Below are positions 10,258 through 20,758 of a stretch of DNA of 64,000 bases, piece after piece (the stretch's first letter is position 1; every line of letters starts with the position of its first letter). The stretch covers positions 11,438 through 75,437 of the forward strand of contig SVJW01000002.1 in assembly GCA_015068735.1 (NCBI GenBank), in the 5' to 3' direction. The DNA comes from Oscillospiraceae bacterium. GTDB taxonomy: Bacteria; Bacillota; Clostridia; UMGS1883. The notes beneath the pieces were generated by a model. That model was not told where the DNA came from. It searched no databases and saw nothing but the letters and a program-made list of their open reading frames with translations. The translations under genes were made by a program, and so were the position numbers.

Positions 10258-10301
10258 CCGTTTTGTGGTGAACGGTTGACTAAAACATTTATGGAGAACA
10301 T

Positions 10302-10351
10302 AAAAGCAAAGCAGGATGCAGAAGTAATTTTCTGCATCCTGCTTTGCTTTT
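10302..10351. terminator. Bidirectional intrinsic terminator (22-bp perfect stem, 6-nt loop, A/T-tract arms) 10 nt after the malic enzyme stop
   Basis: AAAAGCAAAGCAGGATGCAGAA gtaatt TTCTGCATCCTGCTTTGCTTTT. The stem arms end in T-runs on both strands. Confidence 0.6.
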
Positions 10352-10360
10352 ACCGAATTT

Positions 10361-11533
10361 TTATATCCTTGCTACACCTGTTTTTCTTGCGGCTTCCGCA
10401 ACGGCATCGGCAACGGTTTTTCCTACCCTTTTGTCGAATGCCTTGGGAATAATGTAATCAGGTGCAAGCTCGTCGTCACTTACCAATGAAGCGATTGCAA
10501 AGGAAGCCGCCATTTTCATTTCATCATTGATATCGCTTGCTCTTACATCCAATGCACCGCGGAAAATTCCGGGGAATGCAAGAACGTTATTTATCTGATT
10601 GTCAAAATCGCTTCTGCCGGTACCTACAACTGCAGCACCTGCTTTAAGGGCAAGGTCGGGCATAATTTCAGGTGTGGGGTTTGCCATGGGGAATACGATT
10701 GCACCATCTGCCATAGATTTAACCATTTCTTCGGAAACAATTCCCGGTGCAGAAACGCCGATAAATACATCAGCATCTTTCATAGCATCGGCAAGTGTAC
10801 CCTGTTTATGCTCTTTATTGGTGATTTTTGCAAGCTCTTTATGTGCCTCGGAAAGCTCTTTCATTCCCTCGCAGATTATACCGAAACGGTCAACCATAAC
10901 AAGGTTTTTTACGCCAAGCTTCATAAGATGAAGTCCGATTGCCGTTCCTGCACTTCCTGCACCGTTAATTACAACCTGCACTTTTTCAATGTCTTTTTTT
11001 ACAACCTTAAGCGCGTTGAGCATAGCAGCTGCAACAACGATTGCAGTACCGTGCTGGTCATCGTGAAATACGGGAATATCGCAGATTTCCTTTAATCTTC
11101 TTTCTATCTCAAAGCATCTTGGTGCGGCAATGTCCTCAAGGTTGATTCCGCCGAAGCTGCCGGAAATATTGTAAATAGTCTGAACGGCTTCGTCCACATC
11201 TTTTGTCTTGATACAAAGGGGGAATGCATCAACATCTGCAAATTCTTTGAAGAGGACACATTTCCCCTCCATTACGGGCATTCCTGCCTCAGGACCGATG
11301 TCACCGAGACCGAGGACAGCCGTACCGTCTGTAATAACTGCCACAAGATTGTTCCTTCTTGTAAGTTCATATGACTTGGAAATATCTTTCTGTATTTCAA
11401 GGCATGGCTCGGCAACGCCCGGTGTGTATGCAAGGGAAAGCTCCTCGGAATTAGTTACTTTCGCCTTTGCAACAACTTGAATTTTGCCGTTCCATTCGTA
11501 ATGTTTTTTTAGTGATTCTTTTCTGATATCCAT
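10361..11533 (-). CDS. NAD(P)-dependent malic enzyme (short form, YtsJ/MaeB-like)
   Basis: 390 aa ORF with a malic enzyme N-terminal domain and the NAD-binding motif [14 protein letters not shown]. Confidence 0.85.
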   Translation of the reverse strand: MDIRKESLKKHYEWNGKIQVVAKAKVTNSEELSLAYTPGVAEPCLEIQKDISKSYELTRRNNLVAVITDGTAVLGLGDIGPEAGMPVMEGKCVLFKEFADVDAFPLCIKTKDVDEAVQTIYNISGSFGGINLEDIAAPRCFEIERRLKEICDIPVFHDDQHGTAIVVAAAMLNALKVVKKDIEKVQVVINGAGSAGTAIGLHLMKLGVKNLVMVDRFGIICEGMKELSEAHKELAKITNKEHKQGTLADAMKDADVFIGVSAPGIVSEEMVKSMADGAIVFPMANPTPEIMPDLALKAGAAVVGTGRSDFDNQINNVLAFPGIFRGALDVRASDINDEMKMAASFAIASLVSDDELAPDYIIPKAFDKRVGKTVADAVAEAARKTGVARI

Positions 11534-11544
11534 AATTTATCCCC

Positions 11545-12627
11545 TCAGTTAATTCTTGCTACTTCTGCACACATAAGTAAGAACGCGCCTACACCGTGAA
11601 GGTCATTTGCAACGGTGGGACGTTCAATATATCCCTGATAATCCTTAACGCCTGTTCCTACGCAAACCTTATTGACATAGATTTCGTCGCCCTTCTTTTC
11701 CACGCTGTCATAAATTGCATCGAAGCATTCATTTACATAATCTGTATAGCTCTTATCCAAGATACCCATATAAATTGCCTTGGCAATTGCGGCAGTGAAA
11801 AGACAACTACAGGATGTTTCAATCCAGTTTCCTGCACAGTCGCCCTTGTCAATAACCTGATACCACATTCTCTTCTGTGCGTCTCTGTATTTAATAATGC
11901 TTGCAAGAACAGCCTTTTCAATTTCGATAAGCTTTTCTCTTCTGGGGTGATTATCAGGCATAAACTGTAAAATATCTAAAATTGCAACAACATACCAGCC
12001 CTGAGCTCTGCCCCAGACTTCAGGAGAAAGTCCTGTTGCAGGGTCTGCCCATTCAACTTCCTTTGATTCGTCCCAAGCGTGGAACATAAGTCCGGTTTTT
12101 GCATCGAGCATATTTTCGTACATAATTACTGCCTGCTCAGCAGCTTCATCCAGAAACTTTGTTTCACCGCTGAAAACAGCATATTCTGCCTGAATGGGCC
12201 CTCCCATATACAAAGAATCCAGCCACATCTGATTGGGGTGCATGTCCTTGTGCCAGAAACCGCCGGCATTGTTCTTTTTCCAGGTTCTTAATATATCAAT
12301 CAGCGTACCCAGAGCAATTTTATATTTTTCATCCTTTGTTCTCTCATAAAGAGGGAAGAGCAGGATTCCCGGCTGAATATCGTCAAGACGGGTGGGGTCA
12401 TATGTATCAATTGTACCGTCTTCCTGAATAATAGAATCAACCCACGCTTTTATATAATCGTAATATTTCTCTTCTCCTGTAAGTTTGTAATTATTCATCA
12501 TGCCGGACAAAAATACACCCTGGTGGTAATGGAATAATTTTTCCGGGGGAAGATCCTTTGCATTTTTAAAGTTACTCATCATAGTATCGCAGAGTCTGCG
12601 AGCAGTGTCTAATACTTTTTCTTTCAT
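11545..12627 (-). CDS. GH88/GH105-family unsaturated (rhamno)galacturonyl/glucuronyl hydrolase (YteR/YesR-like)
   Basis: 360 aa cytoplasmic ORF with an (alpha/alpha)6-type sequence pattern. It is paralogous to the ORF at 58836-59957, and both resemble B. subtilis YteR/YesR. Confidence 0.75.
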   Translation of the reverse strand: MKEKVLDTARRLCDTMMSNFKNAKDLPPEKLFHYHQGVFLSGMMNNYKLTGEEKYYDYIKAWVDSIIQEDGTIDTYDPTRLDDIQPGILLFPLYERTKDEKYKIALGTLIDILRTWKKNNAGGFWHKDMHPNQMWLDSLYMGGPIQAEYAVFSGETKFLDEAAEQAVIMYENMLDAKTGLMFHAWDESKEVEWADPATGLSPEVWGRAQGWYVVAILDILQFMPDNHPRREKLIEIEKAVLASIIKYRDAQKRMWYQVIDKGDCAGNWIETSCSCLFTAAIAKAIYMGILDKSYTDYVNECFDAIYDSVEKKGDEIYVNKVCVGTGVKDYQGYIERPTVANDLHGVGAFLLMCAEVARIN

Positions 12628-12827
12628 AAATAAACTCTCCCTTATGGATAATGATTGCAGGTTAATTATATATATAAGTAGGGCTTCCTGTCAATATCAT
12701 ACCAGTATTTGTCAGTGGAATTCTTGTGTTTGTCCGTTGAAATAACAGGGTGATTGATGCTATTATTAGAATGAGATTTTACACTCGATTACAACGCGGT
12801 TTTTATTTGAAAATATGAGGTGTTAAG

Positions 12828-15068
12828 ATGACTTTGCAAGGGATTAAGTCAAAAATAGGAAAATATAAGATATTATCTGTAATCATAATTTCATATGTTG
12901 TCGTTATATCTCTCTTTGTTGCTGCATTTGTTGCGATATATTTTTACTCGCAGAATGCATTTCGTTCTTATTTCGACTACAATTCAAAAATTATAGCAGA
13001 TAATATCTCCGATAAATATGAAGAAAGTATTGAAAGCATCAATACGATGGTTGTTAATTCTATTCTGAGCAACAGTAATCTTCAGAATGATATACAAGAG
13101 ATATGGGAAGGAACAAGTTCTTATGAAAGTTGCTGGAAAGTAAGAAATCAACTGGCAAAAGAATTGTATGACACAAACTACCTGACAGAGGCTCTGATCT
13201 ATGTTGAAAACAGGGATCTGATAATTTTCTCCACGGGATTTTGTTCTACAAAAACGTATTACGAGGCATATGCAAAAGACAATTTTTCTGACTATGATGA
13301 ATTTCTTTCCTTTTTAGACGGAGAAAAGATGCCGAAGAATCTGTATTCTCAAGACACTATGCAGATGTTTTCCCGTAAGCAGTATTATTTGTATGAGGAA
13401 GGCGTGGAAGTCGGTAAAATAATAGTTAAAAATGATATGGAAAGCTTACTTCATAATTTTACTGATGAAAATTCTAATGTGGTGATAGTTGAGGATGAGT
13501 ATATTCTCGCAAGTTCCGACGGAGAATTGGCATCGGAACTGTTAAAAAAGGATCTTGATAGCCGTGATACGTTTAAACTCGGCGGAAAACTTGTTTATAA
13601 AAGCAGCATAGGCGGTGGCAGGAGAAAGTGCTTCTACATTGTTGACATGGACAAAATGAATGAAGCAAATAAAACATACAGTATGTTTGTAATCGGTGTA
13701 TGTATGATTTGTTTATTGATATGTATTGCCGCTTGTACATTCTTTGTCCGTTTCCATTATATGCCCATAAAAAAATTTGTGGATTTTATCAGAGCAAAAA
13801 ATAAAGGTAGCGGAGAAAACAGTGGGTACAGAATTTTTTCAAATGCCGTAAGCTACATAGAGACCAATGAAAAAAGTGCAGAGAAAGAAATAGAGGCAAA
13901 GGAACGTAATTTAAGGGAAATCCATTTAGAACAATGGCTTTTGTATAAAAAGAGCAATTCCAAAGAAATGCTTAAGGCCGAACCACAAAAAAATTACGCA
14001 TTAGTGGTAATCAAGGCGGAAGAATATGAAAATATCTTCTTTGAAGAACTGTATGAGAAAAAGTCGGTAAAATCAGAAATGGCAAACTATATTCTTGCAA
14101 ATATTTTTGATGAGGAGCTTTGTAACAATTTTACCGATGTAATAAAGTGCAAAATAAATGATTTGTTGATATGGATGGTTGTTTTTGACGATACACCGCA
14201 ATGGAAAGACAAGATCAATGAAATTGCACAGCGGACGTTAAAACTGACAAAGGAAGAATTCAATATTTCTTTTGAGTGTTACACAAGTGATTCGTGTGAT
14301 ACTATGGAAAAGTTATCAGAGGATTTTGATTTGCTTATGGTAGAAATTAAACAGAAAAATGAAAATACAGATTTAAAACTGTTTTCGGAAAATGAAAAAG
14401 AAGAAAAAACTGTTTATTACTTCCCGGAAGCATTGAAGAAGCAGTTATACGACAGCATTGAGAACGGTAATACAAAGAGTGCAGCGGTGATTTTGGATAA
14501 CATTCTTAATCATAATGTACAGATTATGCACTCGGAACTTAACAACCTCAAAGCGTTGGCAACAGAAATTTACAATACGGTAATTCTTCGTTTGAGATGT
14601 CTGGATATTGAGGTGGAGAAGCTGTTTGAAGAAAACCGTCTGGGAAAAGACATTATTATGTGTGAACAGGCGGAAGTGCTGGAGCGTGAATTGAAAAAAT
14701 TCATAGAGTCTATGTGCGGTATCTTCTGTGCGGGAATAAACAGTACCGACAGCGTATATGCAAAAACCAGAAGAATTATATATCAACACTATAAGGACCC
14801 GCTTCTGTCCAGTACAACCATTGCAGATAAACTTGGGATAAGCCGTGACTATTTCCTCAGCGTATTCAAAAAGGAAAGCGGAATGAAAGTTGCGGACTAC
14901 ATTCATCAGATAAGAATTGAGGAAGCTTGTAAAATACTCGAAAAAACAAATTCTTCAATTGAAAAGATAGCAACGCAGGTGGGCTATTCAAACACCAAGA
15001 CATTTTCAAGAGTATTTGTGAAACTAAAAGGGGTAACTCCCGGAGTTTACCGCGACAAACTTAAATAA
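12828..15068 (+). CDS. Membrane-anchored one-component AraC-family regulator (two TM helices flanking a ~250 aa extracytoplasmic sensor region; C-terminal AraC HTH)
   Basis: 746 aa ORF. TM1 spans residues ~16-40 and TM2 ~285-308. The C-terminal ~100 aa carry the AraC HTH (IATQVGYSNTKTFSRVF). No HisKA/HATPase or receiver motifs are visible. The RBS is GAGGTG. Confidence 0.7.
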   Translation: MTLQGIKSKIGKYKILSVIIISYVVVISLFVAAFVAIYFYSQNAFRSYFDYNSKIIADNISDKYEESIESINTMVVNSILSNSNLQNDIQEIWEGTSSYESCWKVRNQLAKELYDTNYLTEALIYVENRDLIIFSTGFCSTKTYYEAYAKDNFSDYDEFLSFLDGEKMPKNLYSQDTMQMFSRKQYYLYEEGVEVGKIIVKNDMESLLHNFTDENSNVVIVEDEYILASSDGELASELLKKDLDSRDTFKLGGKLVYKSSIGGGRRKCFYIVDMDKMNEANKTYSMFVIGVCMICLLICIAACTFFVRFHYMPIKKFVDFIRAKNKGSGENSGYRIFSNAVSYIETNEKSAEKEIEAKERNLREIHLEQWLLYKKSNSKEMLKAEPQKNYALVVIKAEEYENIFFEELYEKKSVKSEMANYILANIFDEELCNNFTDVIKCKINDLLIWMVVFDDTPQWKDKINEIAQRTLKLTKEEFNISFECYTSDSCDTMEKLSEDFDLLMVEIKQKNENTDLKLFSENEKEEKTVYYFPEALKKQLYDSIENGNTKSAAVILDNILNHNVQIMHSELNNLKALATEIYNTVILRLRCLDIEVEKLFEENRLGKDIIMCEQAEVLERELKKFIESMCGIFCAGINSTDSVYAKTRRIIYQHYKDPLLSSTTIADKLGISRDYFLSVFKKESGMKVADYIHQIRIEEACKILEKTNSSIEKIATQVGYSNTKTFSRVFVKLKGVTPGVYRDKLK

Positions 15069-15207
15069 AGGGCATTGCCGTAAATGGGAGTTAAAACACG
15101 GGTTTTGTCCCTTGTGAATAAAAAAGCGTGCTGATAGAATATTATTGAGAGTTTAATTTGCTCAGTATTATGAGCGTGTATAAAAAAATTAGAAAGAAGG
15201 AAAAGAA

Positions 15208-16746
15208 ATGAAAAAAATCAAGTTGATGGCTATTGCCGGTGTTTTGTGCTTGTCTCTTATTCTGACATCTTGTGCAAGCCTCGGCCTTAGCAAAAAGGAA
15301 TCCAAACCGGAAGGAACTATTTCATACTGGATGCCTCTGTCTGCTACCGATAAGGTGGAAATCAAGGATATGGCAAAAACTCCTCTTGGCAAGGCGTTGA
15401 AAGAAAGAACAGGTATAGATGTAGAATACATCCATCCTGACAGTGATGAACAGTTCAATCTTATGCTTGCATCCGGCGACCTTCCCGACATAATCCAGAC
15501 AAACTGGGTTACAGATTATCCCGGTGGCCCCGAAAAAGCAATTCAGGAAAAGCAGATTATCACATTTGACGAAATGATGGAAGAATATGCTCCCAACCTT
15601 ACAAAGTACCTTAAGGAACATCCGGAAATCGACAAGCTTGTTACAACAAATGACGGTAAGCACTATATGTTCCCCTTCATCAGAGGTGACGAGTATCTTC
15701 TTATTTCTCACGGTCCCGTTGTAAGAAAAGACTGGCTTGATGATTTGGGAATGGAAGTTCCTGAAACAATGGATGATTGGTACAATATGCTCAAGGCATT
15801 CAAGGAAAAAGCAAGTGGCGCACCCCTTACTACATATCTTCCCCTTGTAAACGGTATCTTCTCATCCGCATACGGTGCTCCCCAGGCTTTCTTCGTTGAT
15901 AACGGAGAGATTAAATACGGTCCTATACTTGACGGATACAAAGAATGTCTTATGGAACTTAACCGTTGGTATAAAGAAGGTCTTCTTGATAACAACTTCA
16001 TGGGCCTCGACTCAAAGATGATGGATAGTGCTATTCTTACAGGCGGAAGCGGTGCAACTGTAGGTTCTGTAGGTAGCGGTATCGGTAAGTGGATGGCTGC
16101 AGCCCAGGAAGAAGGTTATGAACTTGTAGCTGCTCCCTATCCTGTACTTAACAAGGGTGAAAAAGCAATGTTTAGTGCAAGACAGAATGCTGCACCCGGC
16201 TTTGGCGCTGCTATTTCTGCAAAATGTAAGAATCCCGAAATCGCTATGCAGTTCCTCGACTACTTCTACAGCGAAGAGGGTCTGATGCTTCTTAACTTCG
16301 GTATCGAAGGCGAAAGCTATGAAATGATTGACGGTTATCCCACATATACAGAACTTATAACAAAGAATCCTAACGGTAAGTCTATGGCTGCGATGCTCGG
16401 TCAGTATGCAAGAAGTGCAACACAGGCACCTTTTGTTCAGGACAGAAGATATATGGAACAGTATGCTTCACTTCCTCAGCAGAAAGATGCAATTGAAGTT
16501 TGGGGAAATACTGATGCTGACAAACATATTCTTCCTCCGTTAGCACCCTCTGCAGAAGAAAGCAGCGAGCTTGCAAAAATTCTCGGAGACGTAAATACAC
16601 ACGTGGAAGAATACACAACAAAGTTTGTAGCAGGACAGATTTCGTTTGATGATTGGGATAAATATATTTCACAGCTCAAGACACTTAAGATTGAAAGAGC
16701 AATTGAGATTTATCAGAATGCATATGATGTATATTCCGCAAAATGA
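15208..16746 (+). CDS. ABC transporter extracellular solute-binding lipoprotein, LplA/YtcQ family (oligosaccharide)
   Basis: 512 aa ORF with a signal peptide and the lipobox LTSCAS. This is the ~500 aa family-1 SBP type associated with LplB/LplC permeases. Confidence 0.8.
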   Translation: MKKIKLMAIAGVLCLSLILTSCASLGLSKKESKPEGTISYWMPLSATDKVEIKDMAKTPLGKALKERTGIDVEYIHPDSDEQFNLMLASGDLPDIIQTNWVTDYPGGPEKAIQEKQIITFDEMMEEYAPNLTKYLKEHPEIDKLVTTNDGKHYMFPFIRGDEYLLISHGPVVRKDWLDDLGMEVPETMDDWYNMLKAFKEKASGAPLTTYLPLVNGIFSSAYGAPQAFFVDNGEIKYGPILDGYKECLMELNRWYKEGLLDNNFMGLDSKMMDSAILTGGSGATVGSVGSGIGKWMAAAQEEGYELVAAPYPVLNKGEKAMFSARQNAAPGFGAAISAKCKNPEIAMQFLDYFYSEEGLMLLNFGIEGESYEMIDGYPTYTELITKNPNGKSMAAMLGQYARSATQAPFVQDRRYMEQYASLPQQKDAIEVWGNTDADKHILPPLAPSAEESSELAKILGDVNTHVEEYTTKFVAGQISFDDWDKYISQLKTLKIERAIEIYQNAYDVYSAK

Positions 16747-16769
16747 CAGATATAGAATGAGGTTTTACA

Positions 16770-17720
16770 ATGAAAAGAAATACTTCGGTGAATAATTCAT
16801 TACATAAAAAATGTTTTATTTCTCGACTTGGCAGGGATTTGTATAAGAACAAACTGATGTATTTGATGGTTCTCCCTGCGCTTCTGTTCTACTTTATATT
16901 TGCATATAAGCCAATGTACGGTGCAATTATTGCCTTCAAGGATTACTCTCCGTCGTTGGGAATAGAAGGAAGCCCCTGGGTAGGACTTAAGCATATTGAG
17001 GAGTTCTTTAAATCATTTTACTTTGACAGAACAATAAAGAATACCATAGTTATCAGTTTGGCATCTATTTTTATCGGTTTTCCCATGCCTATCATTTTTG
17101 CACTGCTGATAAACGAATTAAGGAATAAAAAGTTTGCTAAATGTGTCCAGACTGTTTCTTACGTTCCGCACTTTATTTCAATAGTGGTAGTTTGCGGTAT
17201 GATAAAGCAGTTTACACTGGATACAGGTCTCATAAATGACATCATAGCATTTTTCGGCGGAACAAGAGTGTCGATGCTGAATGATCCGGACTACTTTGTT
17301 CCCATATATACTTTGTCAAATATTTGGCAAGGTATGGGATGGCAGTCTATTATATATCTGGCAGCACTTACCTCTGTTGATTCCAGCCTTTATGAAGCTG
17401 CGGAGGTGGATGGAGCAAGCCGACTCAGGCAGGTGTTTACAGTTACATTACCTGCCATAGCTCCTACAATCGTTACCATGTTCCTTCTCAAGATTGGTAA
17501 CATTCTGAATGTAGGCTATGAAAAGATCATTTTGCTTTATAATCCCGCAACATATGAGACGGCAGACGTAGTTTCGTCGTATGTATACAGACAGGGTCTT
17601 CTCGAATTTAACTGGAGCTATTCTGCTGCGATCGGACTCTTCAATTCTGCGATTAACTTAGTGCTTCTTATTTCGGCAAACTATTTGAGCAAAAAAGTAG
17701 CAGATACTTCACTGTGGTAA
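16770..17720 (+). CDS. ABC transporter permease, LplB/YtcP-like
   Basis: 316 aa polytopic ORF with the EAA loop YEAAEVDGAS. Confidence 0.8.
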   Translation: MKRNTSVNNSLHKKCFISRLGRDLYKNKLMYLMVLPALLFYFIFAYKPMYGAIIAFKDYSPSLGIEGSPWVGLKHIEEFFKSFYFDRTIKNTIVISLASIFIGFPMPIIFALLINELRNKKFAKCVQTVSYVPHFISIVVVCGMIKQFTLDTGLINDIIAFFGGTRVSMLNDPDYFVPIYTLSNIWQGMGWQSIIYLAALTSVDSSLYEAAEVDGASRLRQVFTVTLPAIAPTIVTMFLLKIGNILNVGYEKIILLYNPATYETADVVSSYVYRQGLLEFNWSYSAAIGLFNSAINLVLLISANYLSKKVADTSLW

Positions 17721-17732
17721 GGAGATGAGATC

Positions 17733-18602
17733 ATGAAGAAAAAAATATCAGTTTTTGACATAATAAATTTCATCATATGTGGTTTGATAGGGCTTGTTTG
17801 CGTCTATCCGTTCTACTATGTTGTTATGGCATCTTTCTCAGATCCATCCAAACTAATGGGGCACAACGGAGTTCTGCTCGCTCCGCTCGATTCAACTCTG
17901 GGCGCTTATGAAGAGATTTTCAAAAACGAATTGTTGGTAGGAAGCTTCCGTAATACTTTTCTTATCCTGTTTATCGGTGTAGCATTAAGTATGATTGTCA
18001 CAACAATGGCTGCATACTTTTTCTCAAGAAAAGATATTATGCTTCAGAAACCCTTGTTCCTTTTGGTTCTGCTTACAATGTTTGTAAGCGGTGGTTTAGT
18101 ACCTCTTTATTTAACAGTTTGTGACCTTGGTATAGACGATACTTTATGGGCTGTTATTCTTCCGACGGCAGTATCAACCTATAACCTGATAGTGCTGAGG
18201 ACAGGGTTTATGTCGGTACCTGAATCTCTGATAGAATCGGCAAAGCTTGACGGAGCCAGCGACTTCACTGTCTTTTCGAAGATAGTGCTTCCTTTGTCAA
18301 AAGCACCGCTGGCGGTTATTCTGCTTTATTATTTGGTAGAAAACTGGAACTCTTGGTTCAATGCAAGTATTTTCCTGAGAGATAAATCGCTTTATCCGTT
18401 GCAGCTTGTATTACGTCAGATTCTTCTTTCAAATAATACCGATTCTATGATGGGCGGCGCTGACGTAGGTGACTACGAAAGCTTCTCGGAAACTCTTAAG
18501 TATGCAATTATCTGTATATCTACAGTTCCGATGCTTCTCATTTATCCCTTCCTGCAGAAACATTTTGCAAAAGGCGTAATGATAGGAGCGGTCAAAGGTT
18601 AA
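17733..18602 (+). CDS. ABC transporter permease, LplC/YteP-like
   Basis: 289 aa polytopic ORF with the EAA-like loop ESAKLDGAS and the RBS AAGGAG. Confidence 0.8.
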   Translation: MKKKISVFDIINFIICGLIGLVCVYPFYYVVMASFSDPSKLMGHNGVLLAPLDSTLGAYEEIFKNELLVGSFRNTFLILFIGVALSMIVTTMAAYFFSRKDIMLQKPLFLLVLLTMFVSGGLVPLYLTVCDLGIDDTLWAVILPTAVSTYNLIVLRTGFMSVPESLIESAKLDGASDFTVFSKIVLPLSKAPLAVILLYYLVENWNSWFNASIFLRDKSLYPLQLVLRQILLSNNTDSMMGGADVGDYESFSETLKYAIICISTVPMLLIYPFLQKHFAKGVMIGAVKG

Positions 18603-18648
18603 TAATCAAAACTATAAAAATAAAAATATAAAAAAAGGAGAGATTGCG

Positions 18649-20670
18649 ATGAAAAAATTATTCAGCATTCTTCTTGCCATGGCGATGGCATTTACTCTTT
18701 TATCTTTGCCTGTAATGGCAAAACCCTATGTAGCACTTGATTCAGAACTTATGCCCGTTAAGGAAACTATTCTGAATCTTGAGTTTAATGACAGTGCAAA
18801 CAGATACTGGGGAAACTATGTCGGTGAATCCGGACTTTTCTGGAACAACGGTAGTGTTGGTGCTAACGCTGTTTCAGTAGCAGGCGGCACATTAACAAGC
18901 GGCAATTACCTCAATGTTACAGGCGAAATCTATATGCAGTTAAAGCATCCCTCCACCGGTGCAAACGGTTGGGCAGCAACTGCAGCAGAATACGATGTGG
19001 CAACAAATCCCCTTCGCGGCAGCTATGTAACAGAATTTAAGTTTATGCTTCCCTCATTGCCTACTACTGCAATGAAGAGCTTCTATACAGCTCATTCAAA
19101 CAGCGGAGAAGGCACATCCCACGGTCCCAAGCTCTGGGTAACAACAGGTGGTAGCCTTAATGCGTATACTACAAACGGCGCTGCTTTTACAGCTGCCTCA
19201 CTTACAGCAGGTACTTGGTACACACTCAAAATTGTGAACAACATTGATACTGACAGCTATGACCTTTACCTCAACGGTGTTCTTGTAGCAAACGATGCAG
19301 GATACTGTGACGGTAAGTTCTATGCAGATTCTTTCAGCAGACCTTTCATGATGAAAACTGAAGGAAACCCCGTATATATAGACGACCTTAAAATGTATAA
19401 GGAAGTTACCGGCAGACAGACTTTTGCTGCAGATGATTTCTCATCTTACAGCGCAGATGCTTCCTATAATTCTACTACAGAATTAAGAGAATTCGGTGGT
19501 TTTGCTCTTTATCCCAGAAACGGATATCAGGCAGGGGTTAAAATTGATGCAACAAACCAGCGTGCAGAATTCAGCTCCGGTGCTAACCTCTTTGCAGGCT
19601 TTGCAAAGACATGGAATCAGCCGGATAATACTCTTACAGATTCACTTATCGGTAAGAAGCAGGTTGCTGTAGAATTTGATTTCACCCCCTCAGCTGAAAC
19701 AGTAGGTGACTTTTACCAGATTACAGATGCTGTAGGAACACATTACGGTCTTATCCTTGCTGCAACAAACGGAAAAATTTCTGCAAAAATAGGTGCAGAG
19801 GGCGATGTTACTCCCGACAGCGCAAACAGAGGCGTAGACCTTGCTTCCTTTACTGCAGGAGAAACTTACAGAATTAAGGTATATGTTGACCTTGATAAGA
19901 AGTTTACACAGAATCTTATAGGAAACTCAACAGCATCTCACAACAAGGAACATACTCGTTCCGGTAAGGCAGATATATATATCGACGGTAAGCTTGTAGG
20001 TGAAGAACTTCCTCTTCGTTATAACTGTGGCAGCGCATCTAATGCAAGCTACGATATAACAAACCTGGGAAGACCTTTCGCTGCGTCCGGTGGTTCATCT
20101 GCAACATACTACATCGACAATATTGCTGTTTATACAGATGTAAGAGAAAAGGTTCTTTCATCAGCTCTTAATGCAGTTGAAAAGACTGTTTCCGAGAAGA
20201 CATTTACTCTTCCTTCCTCTACAGTTGACGGATATGCTATTACATGGGCAAGCGACAGCGACGCAATAGCAATTTCCGACAATACTGCTACAGTTACAAC
20301 AAGTGATGCAACACAGAAGGTAACCCTTACTGCAACCGTAGCTGATACGGCAGGAGAGCTTGCTGTATCAGGCAAAGTAGATGTTATCGTTTATCCCGAT
20401 TATGAAGTATTCGTAGGTATGGACGGCAATATCTTTGCCAGCACTATCTTCTACGACAACTATAATTCAGGCAAAACCGTAGATTTATATGCGGTACTTT
20501 ATAATTCCGACCTTAGTATGGAAAACTGTGTCGTAGTCGATAATGCAGTGAGCGGAAAAAGTAATCCTATTTCACTCACCCGCGGTGAAGGACAGACCAT
20601 AAGAATTTTTGTGTTCACAGACAATACTTTAGTTCCTGTGAAGTTTACCGAACTTAATTCTAAGAAATAA
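18649..20670 (+). CDS. Secreted protein with two LamG/concanavalin-like beta-sandwich modules and a C-terminal Ig-like domain; function unknown
   Basis: 673 aa ORF with a signal peptide (MKKLFSILLAMAMAFTLLSLPVMA). It carries two W-x-x-L-K-[IV]...[LI]Y-[LI]-[ND]-G LamG-like patterns and a Big-like C-terminus. The RBS is AAGGAG. Confidence 0.5.
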   Translation: MKKLFSILLAMAMAFTLLSLPVMAKPYVALDSELMPVKETILNLEFNDSANRYWGNYVGESGLFWNNGSVGANAVSVAGGTLTSGNYLNVTGEIYMQLKHPSTGANGWAATAAEYDVATNPLRGSYVTEFKFMLPSLPTTAMKSFYTAHSNSGEGTSHGPKLWVTTGGSLNAYTTNGAAFTAASLTAGTWYTLKIVNNIDTDSYDLYLNGVLVANDAGYCDGKFYADSFSRPFMMKTEGNPVYIDDLKMYKEVTGRQTFAADDFSSYSADASYNSTTELREFGGFALYPRNGYQAGVKIDATNQRAEFSSGANLFAGFAKTWNQPDNTLTDSLIGKKQVAVEFDFTPSAETVGDFYQITDAVGTHYGLILAATNGKISAKIGAEGDVTPDSANRGVDLASFTAGETYRIKVYVDLDKKFTQNLIGNSTASHNKEHTRSGKADIYIDGKLVGEELPLRYNCGSASNASYDITNLGRPFAASGGSSATYYIDNIAVYTDVREKVLSSALNAVEKTVSEKTFTLPSSTVDGYAITWASDSDAIAISDNTATVTTSDATQKVTLTATVADTAGELAVSGKVDVIVYPDYEVFVGMDGNIFASTIFYDNYNSGKTVDLYAVLYNSDLSMENCVVVDNAVSGKSNPISLTRGEGQTIRIFVFTDNTLVPVKFTELNSKK

Positions 20671-20681
20671 TTGTATCAAAC

Positions 20682-20732
20682 TATAGGGGTGACGTACGCC
20701 ACCCCTATAGCTGTAAATTAGAACAGGCTTTT
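20682..20732 (+). terminator. Candidate terminator: long hairpin (CTATAGGGGTG-N8-CACCCCTATAG) followed about 10 nt later by a T6 run
   Basis: A near-perfect 30-nt palindrome begins 12 nt after the stop of the 18649-20670 ORF. GGCTTTTTT follows at 20720-20731. Confidence 0.35.
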
Positions 20733-20758
20733 TTATGGAAGATTTTAGGAGAAAATTT

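Noticed and set aside
10243-10452. 69 aa plus-strand ORF spanning the malic enzyme/yloC spacer
   Set aside because: It overlaps the bidirectional terminator and promoter palindromes. Its translation is low-complexity and it has no RBS.
12628-12827. Looked for a clear divergent promoter pair or operator between the GH105 gene and the AraC sensor gene
   Set aside because: The region is AT-rich with several TATAAT-like hexamers, but no unambiguous -35/-10 pair with proper spacing could be singled out by eye. It is left unannotated.
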